NCBI GenBank assembly: GCA_002633005.1
Contig: NMRA01000227.1
Coordinates: 1 to 64,000 of the forward strand
From: Phoronis australis
Taxonomy: Eukaryota > Animalia > Phoronida
Reading direction: 5' to 3'
DNA length: 64,000 nt
The notes under the pieces are model-generated. The model did no database searches. It was not told the origin of the DNA and worked only from the letters and a program-made list of their open reading frames with translations. Below, in pieces: positions 50,250 to 62,828 of this stretch. The first letter of the stretch is position 1. Each line of letters opens with the position of its first letter. The translations under genes and the position numbers were made by a program.

Positions 50250-52582
50250 CACTCTCAAGTATGACATAAATTTCCCTGGAACTCTACAGCCGACATAGCC
50301 ACTACTCTCAAGTATGACATAAATTTCCCTGGACCTCTATAGCCAACATAGCCACTACTCTCAAGTATGACATAAATTTCCCTGGACCTCTACAGCCAAC
50401 ATAGCCACTACTCTCAAGTATGACATAAATTTCCCTGGACCTCTACAGCCAACATAGCCACTACTCTCAAGTATGACATAAATTTCCCTGGACCTCTACA
50501 GCCAACATCGCCACTACTCTCAAGTATGACATAAATTTCCCTGGACCTCTACAGCCAACATCGCCACTACTCTCAAGTATGACATAAATTTCCCTGGACC
50601 TCTACAGCCAACATCGCCACTACTCTCAAGTATGACATAAATTTCCCTGGACCTCTACAGCCAACATCGCCACTACTCTCAAGTATGACATAAATTTCCC
50701 TGGACCTCTACAGCCAACATCGCCACTACTCTCAAGTATGACATAAATTTCCCTGGACCTCTACAGCCAACATCGCCACTACTCTCAAGTATGACATAAA
50801 TTTCCCTGGACCTCTACAGCCAACATCGCCACTACTCTCAAGTATGACATAAATTTCCCTGGACCTCTACAGCCAACATCGCCACTACTCTCAAGTATGA
50901 CATAAATTTCCCTGGACCTCTACAGCCAACATCGCCACTACTCTCAAGTATGACATAAATTTCCCTGGACCTCTACAGCCAACATCGCCACTACTCTCAA
51001 GTATGACATAAATTTCCCTGGACCTCTACAGCCAACATCGCCACTACTCTCAAGTATGACATAAATTTCCCTGGACCTCTACAGCCAACATCGCCACTAC
51101 TCTCAAGTATGACATAAATTTCCCTGGACCTCTACAGCCAACATCGCCACTACTCTCAAGTATGACATAAATTTCCCTGGACCTCTACAGCCAACATCGC
51201 CACTACTCTCAAGTATGACATAAATTTCCCTGGACCTCTACAGCCAACATCGCCACTACTCTCAAGTATGACATAAATTTCCCTGGACCTCTACAGCCAA
51301 CATCGCCACTACTCTCAAGTATGACATAAATTTCCCTGGACCTCTACAGCCAACATCGCCACTACTCTCAAGTATGACATAAATTTCCCTGGACCTCTAC
51401 AGCCAACATCGCCACTACTCTCAAGTATGACATAAATTTCCCTGGACCTCTACAGCCAACATCGCCACTACTCTCAAGTATGACATAAATTTCCCTGGAC
51501 CTCTACAGCCAACATCGCCACTACTCTCAAGTATGACATAAATTTCCCTGGACCTCTACAGCCAACATCGCCACTACTCTCAAGTATGACATAAATTTCC
51601 CTGGACCTCTACAGCCAACATCGCCACTACTCTCAAGTATGACATAAATTTCCCTGGACCTCTACAGCCAACATCGCCACTACTCTCAAGTATGACATAA
51701 ATTTCCCTGGACCTCTACAGCCAACATCGCCACTACTCTCAAGTATGACATAAATTTCCCTGGACCTCTACAGCCAACATCGCCACTACTCTCAAGTATG
51801 ACATAAATTTCCCTGGACCTCTACAGCCAACATCGCCACTACTCTCAAGTATGACATAAATTTCCCTGGACCTCTACAGCCAACATCGCCACTACTCTCA
51901 AGTATGACATAAATTTCCCTGGACCTCTACAGCCAACATCGCCACTACTCTCAAGTATGACATAAATTTCCCTGGACCTCTACAGCCAACATCGCCACTA
52001 CTCTCAAGTATGACATAAATTTCCCTGGACCTCTACAGCCAACATCGCCACTACTCTCAAGTATGACATAAATTTCCCTGGACCTCTACAGCCAACATCG
52101 CCACTACTCTCAAGTATGACATAAATTTCCCTGGACCTCTACAGCCAACATCGCCACTACTCTCAAGTATGACATAAATTTCCCTGGACCTCTACAGCCA
52201 ACATCGCCACTACTCTCAAGTATGACATAAATTTCCCTGGACCTCTACAGCCAACATCGCCACTACTCTCAAGTATGACATAAATTTCCCTGGACCTCTA
52301 CAGCCAACATCGCCACTACTCTCAAGTATGACATAAATTTCCCTGGACCTCTACAGCCAACATCGCCACTACTCTCAAGTATGACATAAATTTCCCTGGA
52401 CCTCTACAGCCAACATCGCCACTACTCTCAAGTATGACATAAATTTCCCTGGACCTCTACAGCCAACATCGCCACTACTCTCAAGTATGACATAAATTTC
52501 CCTGGACCTCTACAGCCAACATCGCCACTACTCTCAAGTATGACATAAATTTCCCTGGACCTCTACAGCCAACATCGCCACT
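50250..52582. repeat. Highly homogeneous satellite, 53-bp unit, ~44 copies
   Basis: Unit GCCACTACTCTCAAGTATGACATAAATTTCCCTGGACCTCTACAGCCAACATC. Confidence 0.98.
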
Positions 52583-53604
52583 AGCACACATGGAAGTACG
52601 GAAAATCACCTATGAACAATACAGCAAACTAGTGAAATTTTAAGGATAAAGAAGAAAATTCTAGTTCCTTTTTAGCTTGGTTTGAACAGTGTAGATCTCA
52701 TCAAGCAACATTTGGTAAATTTTCTATTATTTGCAGTTTCAGAAGTATTCGGCCTTTGAAATATGACAATTTTGGCAAATATTTTTGTGTGAAATAAGTG
52801 AAAAATTACGGGCACAATTTGCATGTTTTCAATCGATGATTAATTCAGCCTGAAAGTTATTAATTTCTCAAAATACCCTGCCAAAAACACTATTAATTTC
52901 CAACCACAGAAGCTATTTTTACTTAAAAAACAATCTAAATCCCACACTTCGCCATTTTGACAATAACACTACAATGTTTGCCAATGTTGAATCAAGGGAG
53001 TATTCCACCAATCAAAAAAGTTATTTCTGACACTTTACGTCGCATGCCAGAGAACATGAACAGAAGAGGCCTAATTGTGATTCGCTTATTTTCGAGTGAA
53101 TGAAAATAAAAAACAATTGATAACTAACTCGGCCGCTGCACGGACTTATTATTTTCCATTCAAAGGTATGAAACCAAAACTTACATTATACGTTATAAAC
53201 AGAAACAAACAGGTCTATTATGCTGTTTTTACAGGCGTATTTCTTGCAGTCAGTGCATACTAGAGTAATGATGGTCGAATTTCAATACAGTGTTTGAATG
53301 TTCTTGTACATCTCAAAGTTCAGGTTTTGCTTGGCTGGACCATAACAACTCATACAAAAAATATGGGTGGTTGGATTCCAAACGAAATTAACACTCAAGG
53401 TTGGTGGGTTAGGAATGTAAAACAAAACAATGACGACAGGCTTTTCTTGCAACATCCCTTGGTAAGGCAAATGTAACAAAACGTCCACTAGGAGGCACAG
53501 CAGTAGTTGGATCTGTTCAAAAGTCATCATTATCTGTCATCAGCAACATAGACACACACCTGACAATTTATAAAAAGATCTTGCAAGGGATAAATATATG
53601 AGAG

Positions 53605-54125
53605 AGCAGCAGATAACACAGACAGGCACAATACAGAGACTTAGATACGACATACATAGTACCAGATGACACAGACAGGCACAATACAGAGACTTAGATA
53701 CGACATACAGCACCAGATGACACAGGCAGGCACAATACAGAGACTTAGATATGACATACATAGTAGCAGCTGACACAGGCAGGCACAATACAGAGATTTA
53801 AATACGACATACATAGTAGCAGATGACAAAGGCAGGCACAATACAGAGACTTAGATATGACATACAGCAGCAGATGACACAGACAGGCACAATACAGAGA
53901 CTTAGATATGACATACAGCACCAGATGACACAGGCAGGCACAATACAGATATTTAGATATGACATACAGAAGCAGATGACACAGACAGGCACAATACAGA
54001 GACTTAGATATGACATACAGAAGCAGATGACACAGACAGGCACAATACAGAGACTTAGATATGACATACATAGTAACAGCTGACACAGACAGGCACAATA
54101 CAGAGTCTTAGATATGACAGCAGAT
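53605..54125. repeat. Minisatellite, ~48-51-bp unit, ~10 copies, inside a degenerate family-A element end
   Basis: Unit CAGATGACACAGACAGGCACAATACAGAGACTTAGATATGACATACAG. Preceded by CCACTAGGAGGCAC (~53485) and followed by ATGTGGGTGCATAAC (~54146). Confidence 0.9.
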
Positions 54126-54196
54126 GCAAGAAACATGCATGTACATGTGGGTGCATAACAAACAAGAACATGACTAAATGCAACAGTATGTCATAC

Positions 54197-54307
54197 CTTC
54201 AATAACATCTTGGTAAGCTTGGGAAAGCTTGCGTAGTATGTTACAAGCTTATGGATGTGTTTGAGGATCACATTTACAATAGTAGCTTCAGCCACCTGGC
54301 TCATCAA
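54197..54307 (-). CDS. NOC2L: NOC2L exon
   Basis: LMSQVAEATIVNVILKHIHKLVTYYASFPKLTKMLLK. Confidence 0.93.
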
Positions 54308-54776
54308 CTGTAAAATGATTATAGTGTATTAATAAGTTAAGAATCAGAGAACTGAATACTCCGGCCAAACATGACGCATACTAATTTATACTATCATACA
54401 GCCATCTTTCCAAATTGCTTTATGTTGTAGAACATGCGTTTGGAAAATAAGACATTTAAAATTCAAATTAAACAGATTTTTGTTAGTTATACACCAAAAT
54501 GAATCAAAAAACCAAAAGCTGCGTGTCCTTGCATTCTTCAACAACAATCTTGGAGAAATTTAATGGATGTCTCAAGATCACCCAGAAACATAGGCAATCA
54601 AGTAACAATAAATGACCTCAACATGTTTGTGAAAAAATTTCAAAACTGTGAAAACTTGTAAAATCTTCCCTGGATTTAATTACCAACAATTTAAAATCAA
54701 GCAATGAATCAATGCTACCAAGCAAGGATATAACAACATGCAATATACTACGCCCTCCTTTTCTGTGACATTTATC

Positions 54777-55310
54777 TGTAATGCCGTACACCAGTAATGC
54801 CGTACACCATTAACGCAGTACACTAGCAATGATGTACACCAGTAATGCCGTACACCAGTAACGCAGTACACTAGCAATGTCGTACACCAGTAATGCTGTA
54901 CACCAGTAATGCTGTACACCAGTAACACAGTACACTAGCAATGCTGTACACCAGTAATGCTGTACACCAGTAATGCAGTACACAAGCAATGCTGTACACC
55001 AGTAATGCTGTACACCAGTAACACAGTACACTAGCAATGCTGTACACCATAAATGTTGTACACCAGTAATGCAGTACACTAGCAATGCTGTACACCAGTA
55101 ATGCTGAACACCAGTAATGCTGTACACCAGTAACACAGTAAACTGGCAATGCTGTACACCAGTAAAGCTGTACACCAGTAACACAGTAAACTGGCAATGC
55201 TGTACACCAGTAATGCTGTACACCAGTAATGCTGTACACCAGTAATGCTGTACACCAGTAACGCAGTACACTAGCAATGCTGTACACCAGTAATGCTGTA
55301 CATCAATAAT
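54777..55310. repeat. Compound minisatellite of 16-bp and ~12-bp subunits
   Basis: GTACACCAGTAATGCT interspersed with ACRCAGTACACTAGCAATG. Confidence 0.92.
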
Positions 55311-55637
55311 GTCCTTGTCCCCATATGGCTATATGCTGCTGCAACGTTGACACCAAATGATAACGTAGGCTGACTTGGACTCCCACCTTCAGACAGGACA
55401 ACAAAACGTAGACCTGCTGGTTTTAGGGGTTAGGAAAAAGTTTCCTTTCACAATTGTGGTGCGAAGTCCCAGATTTGCTAACAGATAGGCAGGGAAAGGC
55501 GAGATCAACCAATCTTTTTTGTCTGTCTCACTCAGAAATGTTTGGCGCCATAAACTTTTGAAAACTAGATCAATCAATCCGTGATGTTTTGTACCTGCCC
55601 TAAAGAGAGGAGTGACCATTAGTCATTCAATACAAAC

Positions 55638-55810
55638 CACAATAAGATCTGTCAGATACATCTTAATGTCCAGCCTCAGTTTGGACCACAACTTGGTTGT
55701 AGAGGGCAGAGCAGGGCAGCCAGCTTTCTTCTTGGACTCTGGCACTTTCAGGATTACTTGGAAAGCAGACGGCAAATTTGTGAGACAAAGTTGCACAACC
55801 GCGTTGAACA
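55638..55810 (-). CDS. NOC2L: NOC2L exon
   Basis: FNAVVQLCLTNLPSAFQVILKVPESKKKAGCPALPSTTKLWSKLRLDIKMYLTDLIV. Confidence 0.9.
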
Positions 55811-55937
55811 CTGAAAAGCAGACAAATAGAAAAAACTATTGAAACTGAGTCTAACACTGCCTTGGGTTATACTACTTTGTTGCAACTCTACCCCTCCTTT
55901 TTGGATTCTTATTAACAATATTATTGTTACAACTGGA

Positions 55938-57177
55938 AACTAGAAAGATTATTGTCACGGCGTGACAATAACGGACTCTGCGCGCGCATATTACTGGAAT
56001 TATTATGGGAAGTTACTGACAGCAACCCGTTTACCAATATGAAAAGGAATTCTTTAAAATTGTAGGAGAAATTACATATTAATTTTTTGATGACCTTTCC
56101 ACTAATTGACCTCTTCCGGTGCATTATGAGCTCCCATGAGGGAGTAATTGCTAACTCGATTAAAAGTGTGGTTAAAGCTAAAAATCACAGATGTTTTACT
56201 TTAAGCACTTCAGAATACAAGATGAATGATTTGGTAAAACTTTCAGAAGAAAAATGCACCTAATGACCCCATGGGTGCACCTAATGACCTGAAAATCTAG
56301 AATTCAAACTCATACGCACTTAGTAAACAGATATGTAATTTTGAAGTCTCAAGCTCAAAATTTAAGTTTGCACTCAATGACCTTTGACCTATTTTTTCTG
56401 ATTGGTTAGGCCTATTGCGAAGTAAAATAGGGTATTCAATTGGCATGTTGACTTACACCAGTGTGCTGAAAATGAAAACGATTCCTTGAAAAACGTAAGA
56501 GATATAACATTTTGATCGTTACATGACCTTTGCACTAATTGACCATATCCGGTGCATTTTAAGCATCTTTAGGAGAATTATTGCAAAGCCCATGGAAAAT
56601 CTGTTTAACGCTGAGAGTTGTCTAACGGTTGACACATCAGAATACTTGCTGATTGAAAAGGTCAAATTTTCAGAACAAAAATGCACCTAATGACCCCATG
56701 TTTGCACTAAATGACCTGAAACTTTGGATTCCGATTTGATTTACCTGTGGCAATCAGACCTGTCAATTTGAAGTGTCTAGCTCAAAATTTTAGTTTGCAC
56801 CTAATGACCTTTGACCTATTTCACCTGATTGGATGACCCGATTACTTAGAAAAGTAATTTTTTATATTGTTATGTTGACTTATACCTGTGCACCGAATTT
56901 GAAAAAGATAGCTTTAAAAATGAAGGAGTAGCATTTTGAAAATTATATGACCTTTGCACCAAACGACCTCTTCCGGTGCAATATGGAATATGATTATATA
57001 ACCAATCAAAATTTATATACTGTCAAAAGCCATATGCTGAATTTAAAGACCGTACCTGCACCCAATTTGGAATTATTAAGCCTCAAAGTTGGTCGGAAGA
57101 AGAATAAGAATAATAAGAATAAAATTGAAGAAAACCCAGGAACAACAGAACTCTGCGCTTACACGCGCGGAGTAAAA
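55938..57177 (+). mobile_element. HINE-like element, family E, with TGACCT-rich internal duplication
   Basis: 5' AACTAGA..hairpin TTATTGTCACGGCGTGACAATAA..ACTCTGCGCG; two internal ~430-bp repeats; (AAGAAT)n; 3' ACTCTGCGCTTACACGCGCGGAGTAAAAA (subterminal IR plus stem-loop). Confidence 0.75.
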
Positions 57178-57363
57178 ATAGTGATAATAATAGATAACCC
57201 AAACATAATCAAAATCTATTGGTTAAAGACTGGTTTAACCCAAACATAATCAAAATCTATTGGTTAAAGACTGGCTTAACACAAGCAAAACACCCAGTGA
57301 CTACACAGATCAAAAAATTTCAACATAGGACACCCTGTTCCCAGATATCATAAAACAACCTAC

Positions 57364-57475
57364 TGGAAGTGCCTTCAACATAAAACTTTGATGATTCAGT
57401 ATCGCCCCCTGTTGACCGCACAGCAGCTTTAAATGCTTGAATGGCAGTGTGCACAGCATGAATTGTGGGGTTGTT
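57364..57475 (-). CDS. NOC2L: NOC2L exon
   Basis: NNPTIHAVHTAIQAFKAAVRSTGGDTESSKFYVEGTS. Confidence 0.9.
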
Positions 57476-57611
57476 CTGAAATAACAACAATAACAAAAAT
57501 ATCAATAACAACAATAACAATGGTAGTGATGGTAGTAGTACTGACAGTAATTAGTGATCACAGCTTGAGACGTGTGTACCAGTCAATAAGTTGAACATTG
57601 CCTGCAATACT

Positions 57612-57856
57612 CAGAGCTTGGAATGACCAATAACAAAAAAGAGGAAAATTTTCCAGGTGATGCATCGTTCCACAAACAGGCTTGTGTGATAGAAAGGTTT
57701 TTTATGTAATAAATTTTAACTGACATAAACATTTTTGCATGGATAAAGTTAAAATAATGTTAAGAAAGAGACAAAAAAAGATGAAACTGGAAATCAAGCG
57801 AAAATTAAAACCAAAAAAGAGGAAATCCTCTAAAAAGAGGAAAATTCTAAGCCCTG
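57612..57856 (-). mobile_element. hAT-like MITE with 6-bp TSD (family B)
   Basis: Reverse-complement homolog of 7883-8125; TSD AATACT/AACACT. Confidence 0.8.
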
Positions 57857-58209
57857 AACACTAAAATATAAGAGTTGCGTCTTGGAAGACAATCAAAGAA
57901 AATAATAAAACATACAGTACAAGCCAAAAGAGAACAGACAAAATGGCCCATCATTTGTTGTCACAATGGCTGAGTGCAAATGGAATTCCACGTCATGACG
58001 GTTGAGTTTTAGTGGAAGTGATGAACATAGGAGACTTCCACCATGATCGATAATCTACTGGGAAAGCTAATAAAGTGGAAAAGCTATTCAATATTCCTAT
58101 AGTTTGAATCTAATCAATCACCAACAAACCTCCTGACATCTTTAAAACAGGCAACACGTGACAAATGCAGACGGCCAAATACGCCATCATTAGGTCACCT
58201 ATTGTCACA

Positions 58210-58597
58210 TTACAAGTCACAGTCGCCATATCTATTATCCCACTACTAAAAGTCACAGTCGCCATATCTATTATCCCACTACTACAAGTCACAGTCGCTA
58301 TATCTATTATCCCACTACTACATGTCACAGTCGCCATATCTATTATCCCACTACTACAAGTCACAGTCGCTATATCTATTATCCCACTACTACAAGTCAC
58401 AGTCGCTATATCTATTATCCCACTACTACAAGTCACAGTCGCTATATCTATTATCCCACTACTACAAGTCACAGTCGCCATATCTATTATCCCACTACTA
58501 CAAGTCACAGTTGCCATATCTATTATCCCACAACTACAAGTCACAGTCGCCATATCTATTATCCCACTACTAGATGTGAGAGTCGCCATATCTATTG
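58210..58597. repeat. Minisatellite, 36-bp unit, ~11 copies
   Basis: Unit CAAGTCACAGTCGCYATATCTATTATCCCACTACTA. Confidence 0.95.
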
Positions 58598-59684
58598 TTC
58601 AATTATTTACCACACAAGCCAACACTTTAATGTAGTAAACAGACCCATGCTCCAGGAATAGAGCATTTTGGCAACAGGAATAGATATACTGATTCTTATA
58701 CCAGGCAGTAAAATATTCAAGATAAAAATGTTCCTCTCTCTACATGCATGTACTTTGCAAATTAGTACTAACAATGTTTTGTTTGTGAATATGACTTTGC
58801 AATGATCGAGTTGTAAGCAGGCGCGGGTATGATCTTATACTGGATTTAAATAAAGTCCACCAAGAATTATTGAAAAAAACACGAAACATGAAGTTGTGAT
58901 AATAGCCGCTATGAAAGATCATGACATGTCATTACTTGTCATTTTCAACCAGAATAAACTAGGAAAAAACTGAGGCAGAATTGACTGTCTAGATGTAGCA
59001 TCAATGGTACACCATACCACTTTTTCAGTTTTGCGGCGACCACATACATCATTAAACAACTAACTGCTCCCTGACTCAGAACGGCTCACACACATGCAGT
59101 TATACACTTGCCATATGATAAATAATAGTTGAGCTGCAATACAAACGGAGCGCTGCATGGTCACTAATCATCTGCACACTGGAATCAGCTTTAACAAGGC
59201 AGCTCATCGCAAGATGGCCCAACACTGTTACACCGTCATGTTTCATATTTATTCACCAAAGACTAATCTGAGGACAGTGGAACAAGTTTAGGCAAAATTT
59301 GTTGTACTTAATAGAGATTTTTGATCTTCATTTGGCAACATACTGGAATATCTTATCAGTATTTCTGCTAGCTGCTCGCCAGCTCACCATTGGCGAATTC
59401 TGAGTGGCACTGGCAATGGCAGAGCTAAGTCCGTTCGTAAACTTGGCAAGTGCTTTCGTAACTTGACAATGAAGATTAATTTCGGAAAAAACTACTCGCC
59501 TCAAGTCGTGCAGCAAGTAACATTCTCACTTCGATTCGGAGTCCTAATAACAGCAAGTGAATGCTCCATTTCATGTCTGTCACTCCCCCTGAAATCACTC
59601 TTTTACCGCAACAAAATGTTCCACTTTGTAGGGGGGTCAGTGGTCTTGGTAATGGCGATTTCTTGCTTCATAGCGAGATCTTGT

Positions 59685-59910
59685 CAAGGCTTGGAATGAC
59701 CAATGACAAAAAAGAGGAAAAATTTCCAGGAGATGTATCGCCCCACAAATAAATAGGCTTGTGAGATACAAATATATTTGTGCAATGTGAAATTTGGCTG
59801 AAATAAACATTTTTAATAAAGTCAAAATAATGATAAAAAAGAGGCAAAAAATTAGAGGAAATTTGAAATCAAATAAGAGGTAATTGAAACCAAAAAGAGG
59901 AAACCCTCTG
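59685..59910 (-). mobile_element. Family B MITE, one end truncated
   Basis: CAAGGCTTGGAATGACCAATGACAAAAAAGAGGAAAAATTTCCAGG..., homologous to 57612-57856. Confidence 0.75.
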
Positions 59911-61212
59911 CTGCTTGTCGTCTGCAAGTGACAATGTCAATGACGACTAGAAGACTTATTTCGGTGATAAACATGACCCAGTCTCTCAATAACTTTTTAC
60001 ATGGTGTGAGCCAGTCCAATAGCATTAATTATCCAGAGGATAAAACTGGACTGAGCTGAGCTGTCTCAACAATGCAATTTGGACTCAAGGTTTAAAATCA
60101 TCATTTTTAAATTACATGGTTTAAAATCATCATTTTTAAATTACATGAATCTCTTCTAATTCAATACTAACTTTACTAATTTTCAGCGCATAATTGGTCA
60201 TGTCAAAGATTGTTTGAGACTTAGCGATGACAATTTTCTTTTCAAGGAGTAAAAAGCGCAGATAACGCAGGGAAGAACAAGTGTGTTGTCTATTTTCAAA
60301 TCAAAATACATCACGTCATATCTTGTCCGCTCGTTAATATCGCGAGTGCAAAAAGTTATTGAGAGACTGGGACATGTTTGAACCTTGGACACGGACGAAA
60401 GAAAGCAAGGTACAGCATAAACGTCAGTTTGTTCTTACTGAATTTTGTATAACCTACTTTGCATGATTTAGCTTTATTTTTTTTTCTAGCCACAGGTTGT
60501 GTTTAATGTTTTTGGACACAAATGTCTTGCTCATCGAAATACCCACACCGTAACCCAGGGATAGGGGAAATCTCTGCCCAATTTTTTTAGGACAACATCA
60601 GTGAAATGCCCAATGGTCGGCGTACCTCCGCATTTACCCGTGGATGGGGGAAGCTCTGTCCTAACTTTTTAGGTGATAATAAAACCCATGTTGGCTGACA
60701 TTCCTCCACTTTAGATTGCAATGTTCATCATTTGTTTTTTCCTGAGGCAAACATCTTATCTTATACTGTACATTATGAAAAAGACGTGTGCATAACATGA
60801 AAACAAAACAGTTCGATCCGAGTAAATGCACTTTCATTGTGCTGGTTGGGAAAAGAGAAGGTATTTCGCTAATAATTTTTGAAAAAGGCTAAAAGTTTTT
60901 AGGATGCTTTAGCCATTTTGGTTAATACCCTTAACAGTCTAGTGCGAGTCTAAAATAGCCGTGAAAAGTGAAACTTTTCGAGCACTAATTAATTTTTTCA
61001 CTGCTGTCATAATGTTTTCTAAATTTTTTCTGAATTGTTTCGTTGTTTATGTGACATTAGTTTTTGGTATGCATTGCGTGTGCCTATTTGTACTTGACAC
61101 TCCAGTAGTATCAACAATCACAAATAACCTTAAATTGAACATAACATCAAATAGTATGTAATTTTGCACATTAAAAATCGTCAAAATGTCTATTGAACAA
61201 TCAAAGCCTTAC

Positions 61213-61344
61213 CTGTAAAGCTGCCGTCCACTGCTTAATCAATTTAGTCGTCACCATTTCAGCCTTGGCTGTAGTCTTTTGATTTGAACTTGCTTTCACA
61301 TCATCTTCATCTGAGGTTGTGGCTTCACTATCATCACTAGCAAC
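61213..61344 (-). CDS. NOC2L: NOC2L exon
   Basis: VASDDSEATTSDEDDVKASSNQKTTAKAEMVTTKLIKQWTAALQ. Confidence 0.9.
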
Positions 61345-61771
61345 CTAGATATAAGAATGACACATAGCAATGTGAAAATAAATATTTAGTTGCACAAACC
61401 TTGACTGGAATAACTGTATCTCGCACCACCACTATTTCATTTGAATAATCCGCAGATGACAATGAACTTTTTCACTCTTCCATTAATGTAGAACTTCAAG
61501 TTTGGTTACTGGACTGTACAAGATGCCAATGGCCAGTTGCATGAAACAGTCCCAAATAGGGACTCAACTAAGTCCCCTAAATCTTTTGCCTATTTGTTTT
61601 TTCTATACTCACAGATGTAATATTTTTTCTATAATTTTATTTTTATTGTGGGTTCCTCTTTGACCAATGACCAGTGACATTTTCTAATATAACTAAAAGC
61701 TGAGCCCTAAATTCAGCCAAAATAATTAGGGACTTAGTCTTTTCTCCATGATAGAAAGTAGCAACCTATAT

Positions 61772-62104
61772 GAATAAAAATAACCACAGTTTTAAATTGA
61801 CTTGACATGTTTCGGTGTCATATAGGCGAAACTGTTCGCAATTTGAAAACCAGGACCAGGGAACATCTAAATTCCGACAGAAGTTCACATGTAAATATTC
61901 ATCTACAGAGCTCCAATCATTGTTATCAACAGTGCTCTTTCAATGACTTTGCAATAATAGACCAGGCAGAAACAACAAAGGAGCTTAAAATATGTGAGGC
62001 TCTACACATCAGTTGGTGCAAGCCCAATCTCAACAGGCAACTTGCACACCACAGGTTGTCCTTGCTGGTCTACTTTATTTTCACGCCATGTAATTGACTG
62101 TATC
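61772..62104 (+). pseudogene. Penelope-like GIY-YIG endonuclease fragment (second haplotype copy of 62374-62703)
   Basis: HIGETVRNLKTRTREH...FAIIDQAETTKELKICEALHISWCKPNLNRQ; ends at N 62105. Confidence 0.8.
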
Positions 62105-62105
62105 N

Positions 62106-62378
62106 CATGAAAATCCGTTCAGGACTTTTGAAGATACAAAGGTAAGCGTAAAAAACTAAAATTGCCACTAGGGGGCATACCGGTAGTCGGATCCATCCGA
62201 AAGTTCGCACATGCCGTCCCATTCATGAATGGAACATATGTGACAAATTTCATGAATGTATGTCAAAGGGTTTTGGAGATAGAGCAGCGGACGCCGGACG
62301 CAGGACGGACGCCGCCCGGACGGACGGACAGAGATGACGGCATAATGCGTCCACATATAAATATGTGGGCGCATAAAA
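62106..62378 (+). mobile_element. 3' part of a family-A HINE-like element
   Basis: Close match to 36665-36900, with (GGAC)n and an intact hairpin ATGCGTCCACATATAAATATGTGGGCGCATAAAAA. Confidence 0.85.
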
Positions 62379-62828
62379 ATAACCACAGTTTTAAATTGAC
62401 TTGACATGTTTCGGTGTCATATAGGCGAAACTGTTCGCAATTTGAAAACCAGGACCAGGGAACATCTAAATTACGACAGAAGTTCACATGTAAATATTCA
62501 TCTACAGAGCTCCAATCATTGTTATCAACAGTGCTCTTTCAATGACTTTGCAATAATAGACCAGGCAGAAACAACAAAGGAGCTTAAAATATGTGAGGCT
62601 CTACACATCAGTTGGTGCAAGCCCAATCTCAACAGGCAACTTGCACACCACAGGTTGTCCTTGCTGGTCTACTTTATTGTCACGCCATGTAATTGACTGT
62701 ATCTGTGCTTCATTACTTGTTGCTGGGCCTAGCTAGGTGGCCACTATATTCTCTCTTCTGATGATGGTGTTTGAATAAATGACACCCAAACATGTCAAGT
62801 CAATTTAAAACCGTGGTTGTTTTTATTG
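62374..62828 (+). mobile_element. 5'-truncated Penelope-like retroelement: GIY-YIG C-terminus, 3' pLTR and inverted pLTR fragment
   Basis: ORF 62406-62696 carries IGET.R.L..R..EH and EAL.I...KP.LN motifs. 62374-62420 is the reverse complement of 62779-62827. Confidence 0.85.
62755..62799 (+). ncRNA. Minimal type I hammerhead ribozyme motif of Penelope elements (GAAA core mutated to CAAA in this copy)
   Basis: ctt-CTGATGA-t-GGTGTT..GACACC-cAAA-CATG-TC-aag; the inverted partial copies at 62401-62420 and 61802-61821 keep GAAA. Confidence 0.65.

Noticed and set aside
50250-52582. CRISPR-like array
   Set aside because: Units are contiguous and identical with no unique spacers, there are no cas genes, and the context is a eukaryotic intron.
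54680-58635. Repetitive ORFs (VYCVTGVQHYWCTALL, MATVTCSSGIID) and similar ones at 44093, 48121 and 53540-54136
   Set aside because: They are translations of intronic minisatellites whose unit lengths lack stops in some frames.
61807-62696. Tandem pair of host GIY-YIG nuclease genes
   Set aside because: The ORFs are truncated Penelope fragments whose ATG comes from the inverted pLTR, and the duplication straddles an N join.
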